Source of the DNA: Callorhinchus milii
Lineage: Eukaryota
Length of the DNA: 64,000 bases
Assembly (NCBI RefSeq): GCF_018977255.1
Contig: NW_024704742.1
Span: 111,788,001-111,852,000 of the forward strand
Direction of reading: 5' to 3'
Within the stretch, counting starts at the first letter, position 1. The number at the start of each line of letters is the position of its first letter. Below the pieces are notes generated by a model that saw nothing but the letters and a program-made list of their open reading frames with translations, searched no databases and had not been told where the DNA came from. Shown here piece by piece: positions 25,791 to 38,757 of this stretch. Position numbers and translations under genes: made by a program.

Positions 25791-26479
25791 ATGACAATAT
25801 ATTTTTCCCTCAACCCCACAGTGGTGTGTCAGCCAGCGTTTTACTGCAAACTTGAACTTATTAGAATCATGAAGGCGAGAAAGAAAATTGCCAACAGCTC
25901 AGAGTTGGATTCAGAGATGAAGGGACAGAGGACCATACAATCCCTGCTGAGCTTGTTTTCAGTTGGCAGCCAACTGTCTAATATGTTGTGTCATTTGGAC
26001 AACATGGCATTTATTGAGTGTTACTCACCTTCTTTTATTCTTTCTTCAATGTTTTCTCCTGAAAGAATATCAGACAAATGAGATGTTACACATTGAAACA
26101 GCTATCGGGAGATCTGTGCCAGAGTAACATGTTCCAATAGCTGAGAAGGGGTCAAAGGTTATCAGTCTAGCATGTTGGTTCAGCAATTTGTTTGTGAACA
26201 CTTTCACCTTAAGTGTTGTTCCAGATGTTTTAATGCCTTTAAACGCTTTAACCTGTCAAAGCTGACATTGAAAAGAAATGCAGCCATTGTTTACCAAGAT
26301 ACCAGGATAACAGCAACCACTTGTGTTACCAAAAGCAAAGCCAAATACAGATAGAGCTACAGATCTCCATCTATATGCAAATTTTCAAGTCTGTCTCTGT
26401 GTTATATGATGGAACAAATGCATAGATAAGCACATGCAGAGGAAGAGTGCCAGTCCTCGATGAATTCTAGCTTTCTACA

Positions 26480-26630
26480 GCTCAGTATCAATAAGATCGA
26501 GGCTCTCCTGCTTTGTTCCCATCCCCCTTTCTGTGCTGACCACATTGAGCTGCACAGGTGCTCACTCCACTGCCGTGCAAAACCTCAATGTTTTGTTTGA
26601 CCCCCAAATAGCCATCAAATCCCACACCTG
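26480..26630 (+). mobile_element. L2 ORF2 fragment
   Basis: Encodes INKIEALL and VQNLNVLFDPQ, like the other L2 copies. Confidence 0.6.
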
Positions 26631-26744
26631 GCCTCTCAGTGGCTATTACTGGAGGAAATGGATGCAAAATGCCCGACTTGATTTAGGACACCATTCCCAT
26701 TTTATCATATCATTCTTTTGAAGGCAAATAAATTGTTGTTTGAT

Positions 26745-27236
26745 TAGATTAAGGAGTGCAGAGGAGATTTACTAGGATGATACCATGGATGAGTGGTTTG
26801 GCTTATGAGTAGAGATTAGATGAACTGGGAGTTTTTTCATTGCAACAAAGAAGGTTGAGAGGTAACCTGATACAGGTCTTTAAAATTATGAGTGGTTTTG
26901 ATAGAGTCAGTAGGAAGAAATTATTTCCCCTGGTCAGTGGGGAGTGCCTATAAGATAGTTAGATAGTAGCAAATGAGCAAATAGGGATGTTAGGAGAATT
27001 TGTTTTCATGCACGGAGTAGTTGGGATATGGAATAACCTGTTGGGAGCAGTGGTTGAGGCAGGATCCATATTAGCTTTCAAAAAGGAACTCGCGAAATAT
27101 CTAAAAATGAGTAAACTACAGGGATATGGGAAAGGCAGGTTGAATGGGAATGAAAGGATTGCTCTTATAAGAGCCAGTATAGACATGATGAACTGAAAGC
27201 CTTCTTCTGTGCTGAAAATTTCTATGGTTCTATGGA
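26745..27236 (+). mobile_element. CR1 LINE 3' fragment with terminal repeat
   Basis: QRRFTRMIP..RLRGNLIQVFKIM-type codons and GVVGIWNNL..VVEAGSILAFKKEL (ORF 26987-27196); ends in ttctatggttctatgg. Confidence 0.9.
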
Positions 27237-27319
27237 CTGTTGCCCTAAGAAGATTCTACTTTACTTTCCAGTGAGCTTCATTCCCACACAGACAACATAT
27301 TCGGTTGTCTTTGTGAGGT

Positions 27320-27440
27320 TAATAATAAATAATAATCCTTGTATTTGATATAGCACCCTATCACATCACTGAGATGTTTCAAAGCGCTTCACAGGATACG
27401 AAGTAAAGTGATGTGACTGTATATTTTGTGGGCGAAATCC
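27320..27440 (-). mobile_element. SINE 3' tail fragment
   Basis: taataatccttgtatttgatatagcac...aaagcgcttcacagg...gactgtatattttgtgggcgaaa. Confidence 0.85.
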
Positions 27441-29799
27441 TGATAGAATTCTGCTTCACTTTTAGCACATTGAAGTTATTTATAACCACAGCTCAACAAG
27501 TTTGCTAACAACAACAACTTGTATTTATATAATGCTCTTCACTAAGGGTAGAGTGTTTGTTAATTGCATCTCTGGCCTCTAGTGTTGAATTTCCAATCTT
27601 AACCAGGTGGTGAAATGTTGATCTAACTCTCTCTACTCCCCTCCCTGTCTCACACACACACACACACACACACGTATATCTCATTTTTTTTCGGTTCTTG
27701 AACAGAACAAACTTCCAAATTAAGACTGAACTGAAGATTTTTCCACAATTCTGTTTTAATTTGAAATGGTTAAAATAATTTTACAGCCAAAGACTAGATG
27801 AAATGTTGGGCCTTTGTATTCCTACCATCAAACCCTTTTATTGTCACAATCCGTTTTCTATCCATGTGACATTAGGCAGGAAATGGCAGCAATCTGGTGT
27901 ATTTATGCCATCGTGCATTCATGACAGGAAGCAAGTGTGGCCTCTGAGGGTTAAAGGTAACTGATGGAGTCATAGGTCACTCTATTCATCAATTCCTTAG
28001 TATTCCTTGTACGTTTGATTTGATGATGTGGGAGGATTCAGTGGACCCGTATGTTGGCATTTTTTTCCTAAAGATTTCCCAGATTAATTTTTCTGCAAAC
28101 TGATTATCAGAAATAAGGGTTACTTTTTCCTTTTTGCAGTGATTGCAACTTCAGTACTGGAGAGGTTCTGATTTAATTAACTAGTCTGAACAGCAATATA
28201 CACTTACTTGACTCTGATTAAACTGCAGACATCTATCTAAAAGAAGATGCAACACAAGTATTCCATAAGGGTCTAATTTGCAGTGTTTCTTAATGAGATT
28301 AATAAGGACTGCTCAATAAAGAATCTGAGTCACACAAATGGGGACTAGAAATATATGACTCGGATCCACTGGAACTTTACTTTGACACAATCTACGTCCA
28401 AACCAAAGTCCCTACGTGTTAATGAGATTTCTAATGGGGTTCCTGTCCTGATGACATGAACATAGCAGATTTCTGCCATGTCCTTCCTATCCCTTATTAA
28501 GGAATCGCATTAAAAATACCACCTAAGTATCAGATCACTTATGCAATGTGAGGACCTGGGAGTCATTACATGGCATTTATCTCATTGACAGGTTCAGATG
28601 ATCTCATAAAGTATGAGAGTAGTTTAATACCATCCTTTGAATCCAAAGATTAGATTACAATTTTGAACTTTCTCCCTGGTAGTCTTTGTGTCTCTCATTT
28701 TAATAATAATGTGCTGTTTTGTTTGATTGTGGGCGGATAATTCTGCTTTCAGTCTTTTATTTTGCCATTTGCTAGCAGTAGTTGGCAGTGCCAGTAAGAA
28801 TTCACGGTGAAAGAGGTGATAAAATGAAGCCTCTTAAATGTAGATCTAACAAGATAAAATAATAATAACTCCTAAATTTGATGTAGCGCCCACAGCCTCA
28901 GAGTTTCACAGGTAATTGTTGTCAAGTGTAGTGACTGTGTATTTGCAGGCAAATACAGCATTCAATTTGCACTCGGTGAGATCCCACAATAAATCAGAGT
29001 GAATTTTGAGCCCATATGGGTAATTTCTTTTAATACATTACAAATTTATAAATTTAAATTTTATGTTAGACCCCAATGTTTATTTTGGACTTTGTGTTAA
29101 TAGGAATATTTTGGCTTTACTTTTTTTTATCAACAGCAAGCAAGTGTTGCAGGAGCCAGCAATATCCAAAATATGCCAACTTGATCCACCATGATGCCGT
29201 CACTGAAGGATCCATTGCCAGATACATTGTCCGATCTTCTCTTCTATCGTTTTTTTACCAGTAAAATTTGTTTTTTTACAAAGCCCCGGGCCTCATAATG
29301 CTAAATTACAATAATAATATTTGCCTTATTACATTGAAATGTCTCAAAGAGCTTCACAGAGTTTTTTCCCATAAAGTGTAGTGACTCTGTATTTGGGATG
29401 ATGATCCCTAAATAATAAGTTGACTGTAGTGTTGTGTTTGGTGGGACATCTCACAGAGCTGATAATTGAATCCTCATAGAATTTGTGCAGAGTGAAAGTT
29501 TCACATGCAAAAGGAACGTCAATAGTCAAAAATCAGCACGATAAATGTAATTGATATGCTGAAAATGTTTTCACTACGATTTCTGCTAATGATTTAACTG
29601 GGATATCAGGAGCAAAATATTAATAATTAGAAATGAATCAGCAAAAGAGATCACAGAACATAGCCCTCACTTGATTGCTCTGATTCATAAAGAGACAAGC
29701 TGTAATAGCAACGACAGTGTCACTGAGAAGAATTACTTTGTTATAGTGAAGAAATACTTGTACCTTGTCCTTTCCACTGTGTGGAACATTAAAAGGATT

Positions 29800-30095
29800 G
29801 TTGTTTATAATAACCCTTACATTTGATATAGTTCCATATTACGTCAACAAAACTTCTCAAAGGACCTCACAAGAATTACTGTGGAGCATAGACTGTGTAT
29901 TTGCAGGCAAACTCAGCAACCAATTTGCGCTAAACAATGTCCCTCAAATAGTTATAAGTCAACGTACACTATGAGGTCCCCAAGCTTTGGCTCTTGTGTA
30001 GGTAAATGGGATGCCCGGAATTCTGTTTGGTTTGGATACTCTTAAGCATGGTGATGGGTTTCCTCATGTGTCAGACACCCGGCTGACCATAAAAT
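29800..30095 (-). repeat. SINE tail (~29800-29950) adjacent to an internally deleted family X copy (~29960-30095)
   Basis: The reverse complement of 29960-30095 reads cagccgggtgtctgacacatgaggaaaccc..tgcttaagagtatccaaacca..caagagccaaagcttggggac, matching 5470-5525 and 5652-5690. Confidence 0.7.
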
Positions 30096-30689
30096 ATATG
30101 TCTTAAGCATAAAAATAATAGATTCGGGTGACAAGCAATTCAAATGCAAGGTTTGATTAGAAACAACCTAGATTTCATCAACCTGAAATTTCAAAGCATG
30201 ATGTTTCAATGAATAAGGGTTACTTCCAGTGGACTTCCCCAAATAACGATTAAAAGCCCCTACACCTGGAAACATTTTTGCAACAAAACGTTTAACAAAT
30301 GGTTCACCTAGCTCATCCTCTGATCTTCTTTACAGGGAAGTTTGCTAGTTTGTTATAAATACAGCTTGTCAAATGTTTTGCCAGAAATGTAATTTTAAAA
30401 GGTGACTTTTTTATCAATCTATTATTTCTGTGAAGACAGCAAATGAAAAGTGGGAAATACTGGATCATTAATTGTTGAGAAGTAAAGGCAGAGCGTGCCA
30501 TAATTAGACGTGATAATGAAACTTTCACCGGTGAAGCAGACTTTAGCAAATGGCCTGGATGGTGATAATAGCAGTGTGCCTCTAAGGGGGAAAAAAAAGT
30601 TCATTAAAAACTCTGTGAGTCTTTTATTTATTTATTTTCAAATTCTTTGCTCAGAACTTATCAATATCACATTCAGGTAAGGCTGCACC

Positions 30690-30895
30690 CAATAACAACA
30701 ACTTTCATTTATATATTGTCCTCCAAGTTGATAGTGTTTCGGAGCGCTGAACAGCAGTACGGTTTGATACCCCACTGGAAAGGTGGAGAGGTGACTGGAG
30801 GCTCAGTCGAAGAGCAAAGTATTCAGATGTGATTTAAAGATGGGTGAAGAGGGAACAAGACAGAGGGATTGGGACATGGAGTTCCAGAGATTCAT
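30690..30895 (-). mobile_element. L2 3' fragment, decayed
   Basis: aacaacaactttcatttatat...gagcgctgaacag...gggacatggagttccagag. Confidence 0.65.
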
Positions 30896-31479
30896 GACTA
30901 ACATTTGAAACTTACAGCAGCATCTTGTACATTAGTTCTTTACACCCTGCAGTGTCAAAGGTTCAAGAGGAACTATTTTGCATGGTCATACAAATTTGCT
31001 TGTTAATAAAATTGGAATATATTGCAGTTCAAAAAAACTCAGATGAGTACATTGTAAGGGTGGTAATAATCTATAATCTATAAAATATACTGGAATCCTT
31101 TTCATTTTTCAATCTTGCTTTACTTTTAGGGTTTATTTTTGGAAACCGTTTTTCCTTCATTATGCAATGGGGAATTTATAGATAGTTGGATTAACATTTA
31201 AGACTGGTTGAAAATCTGCTTTCCTCTTTGTGAATGCAGAGAAACATTTTTACATCTGAATCCTTTTGTAATGTTTCACATGTATTAGAATGTTATAAAC
31301 ATAGCAATTTCAAACTATAATTATGAGAAAATAGCAGACCATTTTTCAGTTGTCAGCCATTAAGAATGTCTAAAAGAACAATTATTTGTGGAAGGCAGAT
31401 AATTCACAAACACACAGGAAAGCTCCAGAGTCCTGGGAGCAGCACTATGATACCCGCTGTTTGTGACATCCAGTAAAGC

Positions 31480-31845
31480 ATTCAGAGCCAAATGAAGGAT
31501 TTAAAAAATTTGAATGCAGATAGAATTTTTTTCTGCTGCATAGAAAACGCAAGAGCAAAGGATCATATGATTCAAAATAAGGATAACAAAAGTGAATAGA
31601 AAGTGCAGGAGAAATTATTTTTATTTAAAGAGTGCTAGGCATGTGGAACAAACTGCCAGCACAGGTGGTGGAACAAGGAACTATGAAGGGTTTCAAAAAG
31701 GAACTAGCAACTTCCTGGAAATTAACAGGATTCAGCGTTATGAGGTGAAGAGATAGATATATTGAAGGAATCTTTTGCAAAGTAGGAATGGGTAAGCTAG
31801 AATAGATGGACTCCTCTGTCCAAAACTGTCACTGTGTTTATATGT
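31480..31845 (+). mobile_element. CR1 3' fragment, decayed
   Basis: agagtgctaggcatgtggaacaaactgccagcacaggtggtggaa (RV..WNKLP..VVE) and the gatggactcctc 3' end. Confidence 0.75.
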
Positions 31846-33034
31846 ATCATGACTATTTACTTGTAAACACTCCCCTTAAATCGGAAAAAATAGAACTAAC
31901 CATGAATTCAGATGTGCTCGTCAGAATCTTTGACTTGGAAACTTTCCGGAGAACCTATTTAGCTGTTATTTATTTTGAAGAGGAAGGCAGCAATACCCAG
32001 CTTGCAAACCTCCTCCACCCACCTCCCCCTCCGACACCACCACTCAACTACATGTCCAAAAACAATCCTAGAAGGGCATCAACGACAGGTCAAAGTATTG
32101 TTGACTGCTCAAGGTACCTTTCCAGCAACATGGATGAGTCCATATAGTCAACCTATATTCTATTTATGCAAACCAATCAAAACATTGAAATAGCCATTTC
32201 TCCATTAGAGTCTTTCTTGCATGTACCTGCATATACTTTGGTATACTAGGCATGGAGTACCAGCAATTTCAAATAATGGAAACAATTGTTGGTGTCAAAA
32301 TAATAAGATTTAATGTGTCAAATAATAATTATAGAATAATAAGTACAGAAAAAAGAACTCTAATTTTTATAGAGGTTTATCACGTTGAAACATGCCAAAA
32401 TACTTCACACACAATTACTGTCAGATGTGGTGACTTTTTTGGCAAAAGCAACAACAACAGCAAAAGCGGCATTCACGCCGGAAATCATCTTGGAATGCTG
32501 CACAGTGATAGGGTTGGATGCTGAGCAAGTGGGAATGGGGAATGACCATAGGTGCAGTCCAAGAGGTAGGTGTTAAGGTAGTTATTAATTTAAAGATCTT
32601 GTGCCACTAAAATCCAGGGGTAGGCATGAGGGAAATTGTTAATGAATCTGAAGGAGTGTTGTCCAGAATAGACTGCTCATATTATGTGCATGGTATGAAC
32701 CAGACTGGTGAATGTGAAATCTTCTTAACATTGGAGATTGGCTTTTTGAAATAAGGGCGATTAGGTTCTACTTAACCTCATCTTCTGTACGTGCAGGCAA
32801 GTAGAGTGTTTCTTTCTCCATGCTTGTAATGCAGATGTTTTCTTTATTCAGCTCAAAGTGAAACCACAGTTGTGCAGTATGCAACAGTCTACAATTAAGC
32901 AGTACAGATTAGAGAATACAGAAATGGAGTAATCTTTTTCTGCCCCTCCAACTGATGAGCTTTACCACTGTGGAAATAAAGGAACCTTCAGCAATAATGC
33001 TTTAGTCACATTCTTGAGACATTGATGTAGGACA

Positions 33035-33195
33035 GTAATGTGTGCAAACTGGCTGTCAGGTTCACCTACGAAATACAGTCACTTCATTTTACTGTAAATC
33101 CCGTGACATTTTGAGATGTAATCCTGAGGTCAAAGTTGCTATATCAAATGTAAGGATTATTATTATTATTATTATTATGAGTATTATTATTATAA
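33035..33195 (+). mobile_element. SINE 3' tail with (TTA)n
   Basis: gtgcaaactggctg...gctatatcaaatgtaaggattattattatt. Confidence 0.8.
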
Positions 33196-34257
33196 TAGGT
33201 GGACATTATGTTACAAATAATATCTGCTAAATCATCACTAGATAATTGACATGAGACAGTGCCAAAAATATTCAGGGCAGCTATGACCTTACCAACCTCA
33301 GGCAGAGCAGTTCCAGTTACAGCGAAGACCCACAGGTCATCTTCTGCTATTTGACAAGTTCAGTAATTGCTTCCCAGAAAAAAACATCAACCTCCTCATA
33401 TTTTGCTTCTCCATTCATCCCAGGTATGACATTCTAGCTCTGCAAACCTTCTTGCTTAGATATGATCTGTCCTAACTGTAGCACTTTTGTGCCTGAATCT
33501 CAGATCCAATGTACTCCTTAGGGTGAAAATTGCAACCTGTCATTTGTTGGTTAACACTTGTATCTATTAATACATCATTAAAAATTCTAGACTGTCGATA
33601 ACTAAAGATATTGATTGTTCCACAGATGTCATCCCCTCCCTAATAAAATCAGAATACATTGCAGTTTAAAAACATTCAGATGAGTACATTGCATGGGTGG
33701 TAATAATCTATGACATGTACTAGAATCCTTTTCAGTTTTCAGTTTTGCTTTACTTTTAGGGTTCTTGTTTATTGTTTATTTTGACATGGCTTAAATTTCA
33801 CAAATCACAATTTTCAGCCTTCCATTTTAAAGATTGGCAGACATGGGACAAGCATTTCCATATTAATATCTGGAGAAATGTCCATCCATTGAGTAACATC
33901 CCTGAGCTGAATAACACATACATAGGCCCATTAAGTGATTGGAAACTGCAGCGTGGCACTTTATTTGGATTTCCCCTACCATCACCACCACCACTTTATG
34001 AGCTGAATTGGTGCATTTGCAACACTTTTGCAGACCTGCCTTCAACATTGGAAACCTACGCTGGAAACCGGTAACCACTGTCCAAAACAGACGACTTATT
34101 CGATGTGGATAGCAACAACAACAACAAGATTACATTTGTATCACTGCTGTTTCCAAGTGTTATGACATGACTGTAAACATTATTGGTACCCAGACAATTG
34201 CATCTCAATTACTGTGACTTTAGCTGCTTGATTCATTCTAGTGCAATTTTTTTTTTT

Positions 34258-34440
34258 AAATTGGTCACTCAATCCACCACTGTTTGTGGGACACTGCTGT
34301 GTGCAATTAGCTGTTGGGTTTTGCCCACAGAATATACAGTCAATTCCCTTTACAGTATATTCTGTGAAGTGCTTTGAGATGCCTCGAAGATGTGATGAGG
34401 CGCTATATCAAATGCAAGGATTATTATTATTATTATTATT
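34258..34440 (+). mobile_element. SINE 3' tail with (TTA)n
   Basis: aaattggtcactcaatccaccactgtttgtgggacac...ggcgctatatcaaatgcaaggattattattatt. Confidence 0.9.
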
Positions 34441-35988
34441 GAAGAACATAGGGAAGGTTGGGTGGTATTCTCCACTTGTTGGTAAACTTATTAAACTTAC
34501 TTTGTGTGCGCAATACTAAAGTTGGTAAATTCACCAATAAGTAGAGAATAACTCTGTGCAGGCTTTAATTGGAATTGTTTGAACTGGGAGTTTCAAGAGC
34601 AGTGCAATTCTTTGTGTTAATCAATTACTGGCAAAGAACGTATTGCTAACCTATTTTTACCTGCCAGTTGTGGCAGCTGTTTAAGGCTTACAGAGTTTGG
34701 GAGAAATATTCATTGTCATCAACTGCTGATGTGCTGAAAGCCTTTCTTGACAGTGTGACAGAGGATGGAGGTGCACTTTCATGGCTGTTGAAAATGTAGC
34801 CTGCAGAAGAAATGGAAGATTTCTCTCTAACCACAAACTGACGTCACTGTATGTGAGAAGGGGGTTATGTGTTCCATTTGATACCATTTTTGTTCACTGA
34901 TACAAATCAGCTAAACTTGTGGGAGTTATTTCAATTATGTTAAATGTATTTCCACAATCCCCTGACATTGCACTAATGACACTGAAACTGGATTTGTGTG
35001 ATGTTACAAGGCAATTTAGCTGAATATTGTGCACAGGGTAGTATATAAATTGCCCTGTTTTTCTCGAGTGAAAGTGGTGATCAACTAGTGATAATGAATG
35101 TTTCCCCCCCTCCCTTAATACTGAAATATGGAACAGAGTTGATTAAAGCTTGAAGGAAATGCTTTCTGTCCCCTATGTCAACATAAAACATCCATGAATG
35201 TTTATTATGATCATTAGTGGAGAGGTTCTAAGCAGTGGCAGTCAAGCTTATTCTGATTTTTTTCTTGGTCGAATAACAAGTTCATCAGCCTTCAATATTC
35301 TATCTATTAAAGCTTATAATCAGAGGATCTTTAAGCATTATAGTCATGCAATTGACATGTGCCATAAAGTAATCTTCTAGTATGAGATGTGTAGTGTACC
35401 ATAGGACCAGTTGTGCACCATTGGTGGTCGTCTTGTCATTCAGTCCATGCTGGATATAATAACCTTAGTTTTGTCCAAAACACATAGGTTCTAAAAATAG
35501 CAATACATGTATGTCTTTCGTGAAAAATAAATTTAATGTCAGCCCTTCTAAATCATGGATCATTAATGACGCTGTTCTTTTGTATGGAATCTGAATGATT
35601 CATAGTCATTAATTCCTGAAAATGTGCTCGGTAACATGAGTGGCAATTCTTGAAAGCGCAACTGGAAATGACACTGAAGAGATAAATTACTTTAAGGCTA
35701 TGTATGAAAGGTTGGTAGAACCCAAATTACAAGATCAAACCTGTTTGTCCTGTGGTGTTATTGCATTTTCTGTGTTTTATTTTAAATTCCAGCCTCAGTA
35801 AATGAGGCAAGAAAAATAACGTGAATTTGGGGTTTAAAACAGTACACTTCTGATCAACTATTAATCAAATATCGACTAAGAATATTTAATTAGAAAATAA
35901 AATGTAACATTATTTGATATTTATTTGAACAATGGGGGTCTAAAATGCAGCAATTTCTATTGGAATTACTTGATAACTGTTATAACAG

Positions 35989-36358
35989 TGGAGTCCTGTA
36001 GCTCAGTGGTTAGACCTGGGTTCAATTCCCAGCAAGGCGAAATGTTGGGCAAATTTCCTTACTCCCTATTCCTCTGTTTACCTAGCAGTAAATAGGAACC
36101 TGGTTGTTAGTCGATTGGCGGATTGCTTTTCCAGGGATAATAATTCCTTCCAAAAAAATAAATAATAATAAATTGGTCACTTCAATCCACGACTGTTTGT
36201 GGGACAATGTTGTGCACAATTGGCTGCCAAGTTTCGTCCACAAAATATACAGTCAATTCACTTTACAGTATGAAAAGCTTCACTTTGTGTGAAGCGCTTT
36301 GAGACATCTCAAAGAGTTGATAAAGCGCGATATCAAATGCAATGATTATTATTATTAT
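35989..36358 (+). mobile_element. SINE family B, near full length
   Basis: tagctcagtggttaga (A box), gggttcaattcc (B box), core ttgggcaaatttccttactccctattcctctgtttacctagcagtaaatagg, then the shared tail and (TTA)n. Confidence 0.85.
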
Positions 36359-38482
36359 GATAATATCACGTCGACATGTTCCAAAAGTAGACAACATTAG
36401 AAGCGAGTTCCTGCGGACCTGCATGACGTTTAGTTTCCTTATTCAGGAGAGTCAATATAAATTGTCACATAGTAGACCCCATTGTATATTTTCAAAATGA
36501 TTAACGTGTAAATAAATGAACAAAATCAAATCATGTCCTTTGGTAATTAATGTAGTCAATGGCATTGCAATCTGTTTTCTATACGGTGCTGCGGGCGTCC
36601 TTGGGAGACCAAGGGTTAACATTTTAATCACATAGGGCATAATTTTCAGCACACAAACATAAGGTGTGGCACCATTAACTGGCAGGATTGCACAGTAATG
36701 TCAGTTATTTCCTGAAGGAAAGGAACATGTGAGAATTTAGATTATTTTGTCTCGCAGCTGCTGCCTGTACTGCAAAACTAGCACAGCAGCCGATGACAAG
36801 GGCATATGGAACTTGACACCTCTGTTGGCTTTGATCCAAAAGTACAGAATTGTTTTCAAGGAAAGGATAACAATCATAGGTATGTATTATTTTTTTCACT
36901 ATTCCTGGTAGAAATATTATTACGATTCAAGTGCACTGCAATTTTATAATCATTTTAACCTTATAGAAGCGAATTTAATGCACACAATTCTTGTTTAATA
37001 ACAAGAAACAAATACAAATGAAACAAACTTTTTGGATAAATAATAAAGCCACAGATTCCAGCTCAGTGAAATCTGGAGATTAAAAAGACCACAAAACCCA
37101 CAAGAGATGTGAGCTGTGCAGGTCATCCATCTGAGCTGTAAGTAATGTAATAGCAATATTTACCACTTCATTTCATACAGACAAAGGAAAGAGACATTGC
37201 TTGGTAATTAACTGAGTCGAACCAAAGATAGTTGTTGTACTTTCTGGAGGCGATGGGGATGGGGTGTGTCTAGCTATATAAAAAAATATATTTTTATGTT
37301 CTATTTTATTTTTGGAATTAAATGCCCACGGTCTGTCTATATAATGAAGACATTGTAATAATGTCAGAAATATTCGGTTGATGTAGAAATGATATCTCAA
37401 TACACACAGCCTTGTGTGTAGCTGTGCTCTATTTAAAGCTATCATTTGTGTTACAAGAACATATTGCAAAGGGTTAACTACTGTGGCGCTATATGGGTCT
37501 GCTGTCATTGAGAATATCAGCAATAATTTCAATGGAAAAATGGATTTTGTTCTTTATGTGCCACTAAAGATTTAGACAGTGATCTGAGCCAATGCTCTTT
37601 CCCTTGGAGAGCAGGATTGGAATCAGACCCAGATATGATGGGTCAAGGTCATTTTGCAAAGATGGTTGTCTGTTAATGGTCACATGTGGAATGAGTTTCA
37701 ATGTAATCTACAATGGGCACAGATCCATGGCCTGAGACCAGGTCCAATTCAGTGCCGAGAGGTCTAGGTTGTGTATTTTTTCTTCCAAAGTTTCTTCCTG
37801 ATTTCCTTCCTTTACCTCTTGTTTCCGGAAAGCAGTGACTCAATCCAATGTACCTTTCCATTGGCAGCCCTTTGGTACCTTGCCCAAATGGTCATTCCTT
37901 ATGTCCTAGATTTGACAAACTGGTTGATTTTAATCACTGGAGTTCCACGTCAAGCCAAGCCTGTCTTCATAATAATAATTCTTGCATTTGATATAGTGCC
38001 TTTCACATCAGGAGTACATCTAAAACAGCTTCACAGGATGTTAGGTAAAGTGCAGTGACTGTGTATTATGCAAGCAAATAAATGTTTGTCCAACATTTAG
38101 ACACATGCACTTCCATTAAAGGTTGCTGGGAAATGAATGAGCGCAAGAACTTGACTCCCCAGTGCAGGGACATTGAGGTCAGTTGTCTCACTCCCACAGG
38201 CAATTAATGCAACCTGTTAAACCATCTCACACAGGAATATGGAACCTGCACGGCTCAGCACCACCCAATGCTGTGCCTTTGGGAGCTGTACAAGAGGTGC
38301 AAGTTGAATGTATAAGTGTGCAAATGTTGTCTGGTGCAATAATTTGGAACAGTGATTCTCCACTGATCAGTAAATTTATTAACCTGGCCTTATGAGCTCG
38401 TGTTGGGAAGCTTACACCGGCAAGTCAATAAACTTCCCAATCAGAGAAGTATAACAGTGTATTCATACTACCAGGGTTTACA

Positions 38483-38757
38483 TCTATGCAGCCAGACTTC
38501 AAACTGTTTATACAGCCTGGAGTGAAGCTACATTTACACAGTCTGGAATAAAGCTGTGTTTATATAGCCGGGAATAAAGCTGTGTTTACACAACTAAGAG
38601 TAAAGTTGAATTCATATAATTGGGAGTGGTGAAGCTGTATTTATACAATTGGGATCAAACCTACATTTATACAGCCTGCAATAAAGTTGCATTTATATAA
38701 CTGAGAGTAAAACAGCGTTAATACGGCCAAGTGTGAAGCCACATTTATATACACAGG
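38483..38757. repeat. Degenerate 26-bp minisatellite, about 10 units
   Basis: Units resembling tttatacagcctggagtgaagctaca start at 38507, 38533, 38559, 38585, 38611 (29 bp), 38640, 38666, 38692 and 38718. Confidence 0.85.

Noticed and set aside
35491..35500. Perfect MEF2 motif CTAAAAATAG
   Set aside because: A few such matches are expected by chance in 64 kb of AT-rich DNA, and there is no supporting context.
35989..36050. Possible tRNA gene (also the other A/B-box heads)
   Set aside because: These are SINE heads continuous with SINE cores and tails, with no intact cloverleaf.
38483..38757. Possible CRISPR-like array
   Set aside because: Contiguous degenerate units without unique spacers, no cas genes, and a vertebrate context.
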